Notes under the pieces: model-generated
Seen by the model: the letters and a program-made list of their open reading frames with translations, nothing else
Database searches by the model: none
Told to the model about the DNA's origin: nothing
Shown: positions 12,501-23,444 of the stretch, one piece after another
Position numbering within the stretch: position 1 is the stretch's first letter
Layout: each line of letters starts with the position of its first letter
Translations under genes and position numbers: made by a program
From: Takakia lepidozioides
Taxonomy: Eukaryota; Plantae; Bryophyta
DNA: 64,000 nt
Assembly: GCA_030704615.1 (NCBI GenBank)
Contig: CM060732.1
Coordinates: 37,014,001 to 37,078,000, forward strand
Direction: 5' to 3'

Positions 12501-15500
12501 TATACACTTATCCAGTAACTCTTCGGGCTTCATGTCGGCACTGAAATGTTTCTTCTTTCTTTATACTGTGAGATCTGTGGGAAATTCAATTGTCTATTCC
12601 GTGATACTCAATCTCTCATGGAGGTCTTCCATTACAAGGATCAGATTGCTGGTAGCTTACCTGCATGAGGCGTTGACTCTTAGACAATCCCTTGAGCAAT
12701 AGTTTCTTTTGAGATGGTTGTGGGCCCCCCCTCCCTCTTTCTCGTTTTATTCTTCCTCTTGTCCCGTAAGCTCTTTGAGCTTCCCATGGACGTTGTGAAG
12801 TGCCAATTTCATTTCATTTCATTTCTTTTCTTTCTCTTGTCCCATAAGCTCGTTGAGCTTTCAAATGACGTCATTTCATTTGAATTCATTTCTTTTCTTG
12901 TTTTTCAAAATGAAGGATGGGCACCCTTTTTCTTTGAGAACATTCTGCAAGATAGTTAGTTAGATGGGTGCTTGGGCCCCGTGGACATAATGAATCTCAT
13001 CTTCTTTCTTCTTCTCTCCTAGGAACATTTAGAGTCTCATTGTAGTTCTCTTCTTGTTCTACCCTGTCCCATGGGCCATTGTGGCCTTCTGTGGACATTT
13101 AAAGTCTGTCTTTATTTCACTGTGGATGTTGTAAAGTCATGTTCTTTCCACTGTTTATTCAGTGGAACCCAAACTCTCACTGATGTCTTCCACTATGAGG
13201 ATAAAAAATGCTTGGCAGCCTACCTGCACGAGGCCTTCACCCTTAGACAATCGCTAGAACATTAATTGTGGTTTCTGGATTTGTTCTTCTCTCATGCTTT
13301 CTTCCATTTTGTCCCATAAGCTCTATGAGCTTTCCGCGGATGTTATAAAGCACCATTTCATTTCAGGTCTGGTTAGCACAAGGGCCGGTAGAAGGCAAAG
13401 ATGTACCTCTCCTGGTCAGCCTCAACCTGTCTGTATTGTTTGAAAGTATTCTCATTGCGACAGATTGTATCCTTCATATCAACAATGAGTTTCACTTGCT
13501 CTATTATCTCAGCTTTGTTTCACTTGGCAGCCTACCTACACGAGGCCTTCACCCTTAGACAATCGCTAGAACATTAATTGTGGTTTCTGGATTTGTTCCT
13601 CTCTCATGTTTTCTTCCATTTTGTCCCATAAGCTCTACGAGCTTTCCGCGGACGTTATGAAGCATGTTTTTCTTTCCATTTTGTCCCATAAGCTCTATGA
13701 GCTTTCCGCGGACGTTATAAAGCACCATTTCATTTCATTTCATTTCACTGTTTCTTTCTTTTACCTGCTGAGGTCCTCAAAAAGTGGCAGAAACTCAGTC
13801 CAAAGATTTGTACAATGGTAGGCCCATGAATTTGACAGCATGGGTCAGGACCCTGACTAATGCACAAACTGGCTGCACAATGTGGCACTACTTCCTGCTG
13901 TCTTCTCTCAACTTTTGAATGTATTATGAAGGCCTGTGCTTGTTTACAGTCTGTCCTGTGTAATTTCCTGTTTTCTGTTTCAACTCACGTGGCCGCTCAT
14001 TAATTCGGGAAATCCTGTATTATCTCTGTCAAACAGAGCCAGCTGGAGGCAAAGGACAAGGAGCTCTCTAAAGGGAAAAAGGTATAGAAAATAAGGAGTA
14101 TTACATAGAATGCTAGTAGTTCTACTACGTAGTCCAAATCCTTTCAACATACCCTGTAGATGTAGTGCCTTCTCCCTCTCTTCCAACCAAAGTGGGCATA
14201 TTCCCCACAGTGGATGGCAGTGTGACCACAGCCACATATGCCACATCTTTTTTTGATACAGGGTTGTTGTAGCATGGTTAATACACATTATGATCCCATA
14301 GACTCATGCCATGGCCAATTGACAATCAAATAACCCTATTACCAAATTCAATCATTTTCACGCCGATGTCAGGCTACCACAAGACTGGCTTTGGGTTACT
14401 AACCTGAGAGCCACTGATTCAGATATAGTGGCACACAAAAAGTACTTCCATTTAGCACCACTGTAGAGAGATAATGGACATCTGCTCAATCTTATCTTGT
14501 GGCTTATCTGACTCTGAGTGTTTCCTTATCATTGGCAGAGATTTGCTGCCAGTTCTGAAGACTACGAGTCTCAGATTGCCCAACAGATCAAGCTGGTCAC
14601 GAGAGCTGAGCTTGCCAAGACTGGCGCTGAAGAGAAAGTGGTCTTACTGTCATCAGAGCAGGTACCTGCGTCCCCCCTTCAGATCAAACTCCACCCTTTA
14701 TCTCATTTCATTTCATATCTTCTAAGGGAGGGTCAGGGTGGGCTTCCACAGTCTGCCGATAGAGACTGGTAGGTGGGAAACCTGCAATGTGAAAACCGAC
14801 TATGCCCCGCTTGCGCTGGGAACAACAGGGAAATTGAAAGTGAAGAACATTCCTTATGCCCTTTACACTATGAGATCCGGGGGAAGTTCAACTGTCTATT
14901 CCGGAATACCCAATTTCTCACAGAGGTCTCCCGTTACGAGGAAGTACTTGGCAGCTTACCTGCATGAAGCGTTGACTTTTAGACAATCCCTTGAGCTTTA
15001 GTTGTTTTTGGGCTCTTTGTGGCCCCTCTCTCTTTCTTGTTTCTTTCTTCCTCTTGTCCCATTTGGTCTTTGAGCTTCCCGTGGCCGTCATACTTTCTGC
15101 GGATGTTATAAAGTTCCATTTCATTTCATTTCATTTCTCTTGCTCTCATTCTACTTGTGTCCCTTGGTGTCTTTGAATCTCTGTAATTCTTTCTTCCTCA
15201 TGCATGTGACAGCTCTGGGAGGTACCAGAACAGAAACCGAACTGCACAGATTCAGAGGTTCAGGTTGCAAACTGTTGCATAACCTTGTCGTATCTATGAA
15301 AATGCCAGCTCTTTATTAACAACTCGAATCTTTACAGATGAAAATGCAGGAGAGAATCAAAGCAGCAGAAGCTAGCCAGAGGAAGATGGAACAAAAGATG
15401 GAGGCAGACCTTCTGAAGAACTCTGAAGCCATCTCTAAGGAGCTTGCAAAGGTAGGTCCTTCTCTACTTCGCTGTTCTACGGCTATCATATTTTGTGCTA

Positions 15501-18500
15501 TGGGACCTCTATGCCTTCCATGGATGTAGTAAAAATTTGGTCTTTTCCCTCTCCTGTAGCCCTAGTGGGTCCCATAGGCCTCTCGTGGAGGTAAGAAAAT
15601 TCTTCTTCTCTGCCTTGTATTGGCATGATTAACTGGGTGAAAGCACTCGAGGTTGTACAGCACTATCATCACAGTGGTTGTACCACAATACAACGATGTC
15701 AATCCAGACTAGGCAGAATACAACTTTGCTGTTGCAACAGGGACTGGGTGGTGATAAGATGGTGTAGAAATGAAATGAAATGAAATGGTGCTTTATAACG
15801 TCCGCGGAAAGCTCGTAGAGCTTATGGGACAAAATGGAAGAAAACATGAGAGAGGAACAAATCCAGAAACCACAATTAATGTTCTAGCGATTGTCTAAGG
15901 GTGAAGGCCTCGTGTAGGTAGGCTGCCACGCATTTTTGATCCTCATAGTGAAAGACATCAGTGAGAGTTTGGGTTCCACTGAATAAACAGTGAAATCTCC
16001 CACGGATCTCGTAGTATAGAGGGCAGTAGAAGAAGAAGTGTTCTTCAGTTTCAATTTCCTTGCTACGCCCTATGCAAGCTGGACATAGGCGGTCCTCCCG
16101 TTGCAGGTTTTCCCATCTGCCAGTCTCTATCCGTAGGTTGTGGGAACCCACCCTGAACTGCCCCAATGCCCTCAAGAGGGAAGGAGATAAGGGTGCTGAA
16201 AGGTAATTTGGTCTCAAGATTCTATCATCGCGGCCACATTGCTATGCTGGCAGTTGTAATTGCAAAGTTCCAAAGCTTAGACCACATTGCTTGCTCCCTT
16301 CCCACAGTCATGTCTCCTTTACAGCAAACCTGCTCCTGTGGTCCTGCACCTGATTACAGAAGAGAGACAAGACTATGAACTGGGGAGTGTATGACCAAAT
16401 GTGGTGGAGATTGTGAGCGATGTTGGAGTGGGCAGGAATTATCTCTTGCATTGACAGAGCCTGGACAAAGGCAATGCATTAAACCTATCAGTATATTATC
16501 GCTTCTCTTTTGCCCCTCCTTATGGACACAGACAACCCTGGTTAGGTGACAATGTGTTCATGGAGTTGTCATAGCTTTGCCACAGCGAATGATGCAGAAA
16601 GGAGAAAAACAGATGAAGACGACATTTATTATATCCAAAGGGCTTTTAGACCAAATTAAAATCTCATTAGTAATTTCTGAAACTTACATACAAAAAGTCT
16701 GTGAGTGGGAGGGAACATTACAGCACCAAGTGATGCTGGATTCCACCTGTTACCCCTACAAGTTTTGCATCAGTGCATCTGTTGATAAAGGAATGGCAAT
16801 GGAGTGCAGCACCTGGAGGACCGCATGAGACTTGAGGGTGAAGTATTGGCTGTACGTCAGAAAATGGAAGCTATGAGTGTGCATGCTAGAGAGGTATGAC
16901 TTCTGCTATTCTGGAACACAAAACTGCGTGTGTATGAGAGAGAGAGGGAGGCCCTGCCTGGGTTACAATTTTTTGGCTCGAAAGTTTGTCATTCTCTGGG
17001 TGGTTAAATTTGAGCAAACCTGCAACCTGTTAAACCTGTGAAAGCCTACAACCTGCAGCCTGTTACTGCATCCCTGGCCTGGGGTTGAAGACAAAGGTAC
17101 TCACAGTATACCAACACCCGCAGCAATTTGCAATTCAGAAACAAATGTGCAACAGTTTTACAGTAATGGACAACTAAATAGTCTATGTCATTGGGTCCGA
17201 TTTCAGCTAGAAGTAGGGAATCAACAGTTAATTCTCATGGGGTTTACACATGTACTCTGAATGTAGCTTTGCTGTATTTAGAGGCCCAGGTGCAAGGAGG
17301 ATGAATGATGTGAATGGTAAGGCCATCCCTCTCTGATGAATATTCCCCCCACATGAACTCTGGTACAGTCTCCTTGTTTCTTCATCCAAAGCAATGGAGA
17401 ATCAACGATGAAACTGTAGCTGTTCAAGTCGTGTCCACAATCAAAGTGTCTCTTTCACAGCAGAGTCAGAGATTACATGTGTGTGTCATTCGCAGTCGTG
17501 AAATTGGAGCATTGTAGTAATATACTATCAAGGGAGTGTAAGGATCACTGATCCATCCTGAGAATTTACTCTCCAAAACCTCAGCATAATTGTGCTCAGC
17601 ATAGCTGATATGAAACTGGGGTAAGGCTGAAAGCAGAGTGTCTGCTTGTGGACACTCCAAGCTCTTCGATAGGTAATGCAAGATTAATTTCTTGCTCCTT
17701 GTCCATTGTTTTTTTATTACGGATGCACTGATTGTGAAAGGTTCAAGACTCCTTTGAGTATTCTAAAAGATGAGCTGAAGGAGAGAGTATCTGGGGATAA
17801 CACATTACTGGCTCTCACCGAGCCTGACAAGAGAAAGCAGCTTTGAGACTTTTTGGGCAAATCTGCAGGCTTCTCTGTGAACAGAAGCAAGATTTTTACA
17901 GAGGCGTCCCCAATCTATGCAACATGCAATAGAAGCCTTGGGAAGACATCATGGATACCCAGCTAGCTCCTCTACAGTGATGAACTCCTGGGCGACCAGT
18001 TTGGTGGAGGGCTAAGTGATACAAGTGTTTCAACCTGTGATTTAGCAGATCAGTTTATGCTGGACCATTGGCTTTCTCAGAATTTCCAACTGAAGCACGT
18101 GAAATGTACTTACTCTCTCTAAACAAGCTCAGGAAGCAACACACCACTGCTTCCAAGGATCCTCTGAAAGTGACAACATCCAGGAAACACAGCATTTCTA
18201 ATAGCATGGTCACTCCCTCGCTGTCCAAACTCTCTGCCCAAAGTGTTGACAGCAGAACTTGGCAAGAATCGTGTGGGAGGCGGTCACATGACACAGGAAT
18301 CAGGGAGGCTTCAAATATCTGGAACCTCCCTACCAGTTGATTGGATGTCCTACTTGGGGATCGACTTCTGCAAGGGTTGTTTTTACCAGAATATTGGGAG
18401 CTCCTCACCCTGCATGCAACATCACTGGCTACCATCCTGAGATGTAGTAGTCCAGGGCTCAAAAAGGGGCAAGTACAGTACTCTCTGAAGCGTGCATATA

Positions 18501-20028
18501 TGTAAAGCTGAAACCCAAGAAGCTCTTGTCAGCCAGTTGCAGGAAATGTTGTCCCCAAGAAGGTCCACAGAGGCAAGTGCCTTCCAATGGAATGGATTAG
18601 GCTGGAATCCTTGCTGTTCTGGGGAGCTTCTGTTACTGAAATTCTTGAGCATCGCATATTCCTACTGTTGAGAACTCAGTAAAATTTGGCCCTTTTTCTC
18701 TGCTATAGCAAATGGGTCACCACAGAGCTTTTTTCATAGAAATGATTGCTATCCAATTAGCTGGACTCACTTTCAGGGATGACTTACACTGGCATATCTG
18801 GAAGGTAAGATGCTGCGTAGAAAAACAGACGTTCATTGCCAGAAGAATGAAGAGGTCCATCTGGTAAGAGTTTTTTGTTTTTGTTTTCCTTAAACATCTG
18901 GTACGAGCTTAGCATCGAAACACGATAGTGTGGGTCTGCCTTGACCACTTCTTTGCCTCAATCTGTTCTGAGGGAGGTGGGCAATCCGGGGTGGGATCCG
19001 ACAGTCTAAGCATCGAGACGGGGATATGCGAATGACGCAGCGAACCACACAGAGAGATCCTGTTTGCGTTGAGCATGGTGGACTGGAGACGGACATAAAA
19101 GGGTGCTACTTCTGCCTCGCCCCTTAACAGAATTTGTCCGTTAAGAAGATGCGGCGTATCTGCACGAGACTCTCCAAGTTAGAGAGTCACTTGCATGTAA
19201 GCTCTTTGAGCTTCTCATGGAACATTATAAAGTTTCATTCTTCCTTTTTCGATAAGGAGCAGATGACCGGTGACAGAAGCATTTTGTGCGTTGTCCTGAT
19301 TGCTATGTGGTGTAGCTCTCCTCCCTGTGGGCGGGAGGCCGAAGCAGCAGACTGAGGTCATGTCTCTAAGGCCGGCCATACAGCACTGTCTATCACCTTT
19401 TGTTGGGTCCTGCCTATTTCTTCAGCGAGATGGCCTTGCTTAATTAGTCCGTGCCTAAAAAGTTTGGTTTTAGCTTTGGCATGTGCTTGAAGAAACCCGC
19501 TGCTATTCATGGCATTTGTGCTTTAATTCTACCTTAGCCAAACCTGGAGCATTTACGCTGAAAATGTTTGTTGTCGTTGCTTCATCCTCTTACTATATAA
19601 GGATTCCCAGCAGCTTGGTGCACCGCCTTGATTAAGGTTGTTGGCTTTTAGAGGTCGTACTTAGGCCATTTCATTTCCGGCAGTGTACCTATACAGCTGT
19701 TGATGTACAGGTGTTTCTTGTTAACACCAGCTCACCCCTCAGGCCTAACCGGTGAAGAGCGGCGTGTTTATAGATATGACAAAGCTATAGGTAATTCGAA
19801 TGCAGAAATTGTCTCCTTCTGTTTGGAACAATCTAGTCCGAAAAGAGGAACATTTGTAACTGTTAAGCGCAATGTGTGCAGATAAATGCAGAGCATGAGA
19901 GACGGAAATTTGAGACCGAGAAGCGAGTCACCGAAGCAGAGAGCGCGATGCTTCAGTGGATACACCAGCAATTTGCCTCACTCAAATCCTCATTGACCTT
20001 ACAACACTCTGTTTCAGGCATTGGATAG
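585..20028 (+). CDS. Partial multi-exon gene for a long coiled-coil protein of unknown family (5' end outside the window; 3' end uncertain)
   Basis: Phase-consistent AG/GT exons 585-674, 932-980, 1379-1470, 2329-2400, 12214-12294, 12392-12457, 14037-14081, 14539-14661, 15338-15451, 16810-16893 and 19882 onward give an open E/K/Q/R/A-rich frame (AELMDRKDGERRAKESE...LARLKEDSSARIQAAEERAKSD...MKMQERIKAAEASQRKMEQKME...INAEHERRKFETEKRVTEAE). Stops at 20026-20028 unless spliced on towards 20252-20715; further exons may have been missed. Confidence 0.65.
1742..1920 (-). mobile_element. Internal RTE-X ORF2 fragment, inverted
   Basis: ALTTSIRLKSAGYKHSWYARVSILFEHNGLS matches ALTTSMRLKAAGFRNSWYARVDSLFQRNGLS encoded at about 11410-11505. 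Confidence 0.8.
2650..3200 (-). mobile_element. Decayed fragment, probably from a LINE (L1-type) 3' region
   Basis: Broken, coding-like W/C/H-rich frames on the - strand; no diagnostic motif. Confidence 0.25.
3245..3482 (+). mobile_element. 5'-truncated RTE-X 3' fragment directly abutting element 1
   Basis: EENFFFYCPLYYEI finger remnant, 3' UTR AAGCTCTTTGAGCTTT and a CCATTT tail. Confidence 0.8.
3483..7179 (+). mobile_element. RTE-X-type LINE copy 1 (decayed; ORF1 5'-truncated; RT core deleted)
   Basis: ORF1 coiled coil plus RRM-like part (IERAWRVG...VLFIRFRDKG); APE motifs IGSWNCNG, LLETH, VGDFNA, VDYLL, SDH; C-terminal RFRVGSHNLQIE finger region; (CATTT)4 tail at 7159-7178; many stops and frameshifts. 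Confidence 0.9.
7180..12128 (+). mobile_element. Near-full-length RTE-X-type LINE copy 2 (5' UTR, ORF1, APE, RT, CCHC finger, CATTT tail)
   Basis: ATG at 7508; APE about 8700-9460; RT in ORF 10312-11949 with QAGFR, FLDFHKAFDSV, GVKQGCPLSPTLF, LYADD, YRYLG; RFRVGSHNLRIETGRW...LCPAC...EEHF finger typical of the RTE-X group; a few stops and frameshifts. Confidence 0.92.
7725..7880 (+). repeat. 33-bp tandem repeat in RTE-X ORF1 (11-aa unit ASLDKDWEKRM)
   Basis: About 4 units of gcttccctagacaaagactgggagacgcggatg-like sequence. Confidence 0.85.
12545..12890 (+). mobile_element. RTE-X 3' fragment with a duplicated 3' tip
   Basis: Homologous to 11870-12128; two AAGCTC-N3-GAGCTT hairpins (about 12768 and 12846), each followed by CATTT repeats. 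Confidence 0.8.
13146..13364 (+). mobile_element. Young RTE-X 3' fragment
   Basis: Only a few differences from 11912-12128 by eye; CATTT tail. Confidence 0.9.
13523..13746 (+). mobile_element. Young RTE-X 3' fragment with a tandemly repeated 3' tip
   Basis: 13606-13663 and 13664-13746 both carry ccataagctctaYgagctttccgcggacgttat; TTTCACT on both flanks. Confidence 0.9.
14722..15137 (+). mobile_element. RTE-X 3' fragment (related subfamily)
   Basis: IETGRWE...RLCPAC...EEH...CPLHYEI; CATTT tail at 15117-15137. Confidence 0.85.
15767..16233 (-). mobile_element. Young RTE-X 3' fragment, inverted
   Basis: ORF 15876-16217 is nearly identical to the copy 2 C-terminus and has an intact finger; (GAAAT)n at 15767-15787. 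Confidence 0.92.
18930..19240 (+). mobile_element. Old, diverged RTE-X 3' fragment
   Basis: GVGSDSLSIETG resembles RVGSHNLRIETG; gcgtatctgcacgagac resembles gcctacctgcacgaggc; hairpin aagctctttgagctt at about 19199 followed by ttataaagtttcatt. Confidence 0.65.
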
Positions 20029-23000
20029 TATGGTAAACATAACCCACTGACAAGACATACTTGCCTGTTAAGACGGAAAGAATACAGAGAGTATGTGAAA
20101 GAAGGAAAGAAAAGGAATGTGCAATCTCCTCGAAAATTCTAACAGAGCTTAACGCAACCTGCCGACCGCTATTTAGACAGCCCAATACTTTTGAGAGATG
20201 GGGGCCAAAGCAGCTGGGTGTCTTCTTTTTCTTCTTCCTTGCTGTTTGCAGATAAGAGTTCAAAGCCCACATTTGCAGGAGAAAGCTAGGATCCGAAGCA
20301 AAATCATGGTGATGAAAATGAGAGGCTGCCTACAGAGAAAAATGATTGATTTGCAACCAAAAAAATCTGTCAAAACAAAAACGGGTGCTTTCTTTTCACG
20401 CCTTAAGCACTTTCGTCTGTACTGATAATCTCACTTGCCACACTGAAAAGCTGTGCTTTGTCGTCCAGCGAAGTGCAGGGGATTCCAGACGTTGAACCAG
20501 CCCCTCCGACTGCACCTCTCTTTCCAATATCAGAACCTCTGCATCGCCCTCCGCCAGCTCCCTTCCCCAGATGTGAACCCCTGCAGCTTCCTTCCAGAAT
20601 CCTGGTGCCACCATTGAAATTCACAAGCTTTGTCAAATCCGATGCTGCGGATGTGCGCACTGTTGAGGAAGAACTGCTCTCCAGCGAAGAAGAAGACTAC
20701 AGTCTCAGAGATTAGGGTTTCAGTATTTGAAAATAATACACTAAATAAATAAGTAAATATTAATAAGAGAACTTGAAATTGGACTCACGGTGAAGGATGT
20801 GTTCGGCCGGTCATCTCTAACCGTTAACTTTCCAAATATAGCATCGGAAAGGCAGTTTACGGGGAATTTGAACCCTCGATGTGCGTGACAATGAAGGCGG
20901 GCAGTACAATACAAAACGAAGGCGACCGTTGCGCGCGCAGGTGGCCCGCACCGCGCGGTGTGCCAGGTCCACGGCGCCTGCGCGGGCGCTGCCACGCGCC
21001 GTGGACCCCATTGCAAGAACTCGTGTCCCGACCGCAGGAACCGCGCGGTCGGATTTCGTGGGGCCGCGCGGTGAGATATCTGTCCGCGGATGGAGCACCG
21101 CCATGAGCCGCGCGGCGGAAACGGCGCGGCTGCGGCCGCATTGATTTCTTTTGTTTTGCTTTCAATGCGAATAATCCAGTAATAAAAAAGATATGGGAAT
21201 ATGGTTCCGGATATTCTGAAGTGGTTAGGGCTCTGGATGGATGAAATACCAGGCTCTCGGGCTTACAGAGTCATCCGTGCGGTGTCCTATATGCTTTTAT
21301 GGTCACTTAAAGTCAATATTCTCATATTATAAGCTTTCAAGGGGCATTAGGGGGTTCTTAAATAAGCATTAGCAGATTGAATGGATGTAGTACATGGCTT
21401 TATTGCCCACTAACTTCTTTATCTGGTCCTTGCTCTGCTATTATTTATACCTTTCCATTCGCATATAAATTCCTTCGTTAGGAGGCAACTTCACCATTAA
21501 TTTCTTTCTATTATGTCTTGATGAATTCTGTCAGAGGCTTAACTAGTAGGGTATGGGGGGTTCCAATTATTTTTAAAAATTTAAAGTCCTCTGACATGGT
21601 TGAGTAATGTGGATGCATCCCATCTCGTTGAACTGTAGGATTGGATGAACTGTATTCCGTTTTCCATAACTTTTATGTAGGCTTTGCACGAGTAAGACTG
21701 GGTTTGAGCCCAGGACCAGGTGCGGGGGAAACCTGGGAGGCATCTAACCGGAGGGAGGGTGGAGTAACTGCGGTGCGGTTAGCATTCAGAGCGGTCTGAC
21801 ACAGACACACTGACGTTGCTTGTCGTCGCGATCTCTCTCTCGGTTGCTGTGTTCTCGGTGTTCGTGCGAATGTTCGAGGATTGTCGCTGCAACTTGCCAT
21901 TGCTGAATCTGCTGATCGCTTTTGCACTGTGCAGTCACATTGCGGTCGCATTCCTCGTCCTGTGGTCATCGGAACTTTCATTTTTCTTAGCTTGTGGGAT
22001 CGACATTACCACTGGTTGTTGTCATCGTCTTGTTGGCAGTCACAATCGTGCTCTCTACAGTTTTCTGATGTCCTCTTTCCTCTTTGATTTTAGAGGTTAT
22101 TCTCAAGTTTCGGACACATTCTCGAACCGGTTGGTTATCCGATCGTCTGTTTGGCTACATTTTACATTCTCTTTCTTCTTCTTTTCCTCTGATTCGTCCT
22201 CTGATTATTGCCATATTTCTGGTTCTGGACACCAGAACAGCTTCCTTAGTATCTTCTTTTCTACTTGCAAGAGCCTTTTCACTCTGTTTCTGTAGTGTTC
22301 ATGTAGCTGTGATCTCTGGGGAATTGCTACTGGCAAACTCTCAACGCTGAGTTAATTTTATCCTCGTTTTGTGTCGGCCGCTCCAGACGGACGAGGAATT
22401 TGCCGCTGATGCATGGTAGTACTCTTCTTCACGTTTTATGCACCGGTGTTCCTTGAAGTTGCTTATGGTGCTGGATTGTTTTACGTTTTCAAATTCGTTT
22501 CTCTCTCCTTCAGGACAATGCAGGATTTGGTCATGTCTGCGGATGCCTTTGCACTCCGGTGAGGCGGACTTACATCCTTTCATTCAGTCTATCAGTAAGG
22601 CAGCCGAGTTCTTTCTATGATTAGTACAGAAGATTCAGGGGTCTCCTTGTTGGTTTAAACCTTTAGTCCAGCACTGTTGAGTCAGAACCGGGTGGGAAAT
22701 CCACTGTAAATTATGAGTTCTCTCCTTCCAGCTAGTTGGAATGGAGATGGCCCCTTCAAGGAGAGGAACGTGTGTAATTTGTAGCTTGTGCGAGATGAGA
22801 CCAAATTAATGCAGGAGGGTGATATTGAGCTTCTCGTAGGGACGGTATGGCACAGTAGCGTTCCATGTTGCTTTTATTGCCGCCTGGACATGGAAGACCT
22901 TTGTATCCTTGCGCTGTCAGACGACTAGCTGGAGAGAAGACAACGTCCCGGCCTAGCAGTGTAGAGAGCGTGGTGTGACCCTTTGTTGGATTGCAATGCT

Positions 23001-23444
23001 AGCGGCTGGTGCATATCAAACCTTTTAATTGCATTCTAATTTGGCCGTTCTGGATAAATTTCTTCTCTCAGCAGATTATTGATTACAATGAAGAAGCTCT
23101 ACCTTAACATTCGTCCGCCCAGCGGCATCAAGGGATGGAAACTGGGCTGCGACATATGTTGACCAGAAACATAAACTTGAAGGCAAGCAGACGGTGCACA
23201 AGTTTCAAAAGCAGATGAACTGCGGGTATATCTGCGACTAGCTAGGATGCGAGGGTTTATATTGAAACTTTGGACGGAATAAGTTTGGGTACATTCCAGC
23301 GGTGTCATCGTAGAGGCTATCATTGGTGGTGGATAGATACAGGTTTGCCATACAAGGATTTCACTCAAGTTCATCTGCCCAACTGTCATCCACCTGGGTA
23401 GTCAAAAGATCAGCTCAACTGTAACAATTCTGGAGGGCTGGAGG

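Noticed and set aside
7725-13746. CRISPR-like repeat arrays
   Set aside because: The repeats are LINE coding repeats and 3' tips with no unique spacers; the context is eukaryotic
13380-13900. Nested - strand gene interrupted by an RTE-X insert
   Set aside because: Only a short open stretch (NKAEIIEQVKLIVDMKD...) with no recognisable domain or splice structure
17160-18700. Coding-like - strand frames (FSIALDE, FDCGHDLN, GSDH) suggesting a transposase or enzyme
   Set aside because: Isolated short matches in stop-rich frames with no collinear support
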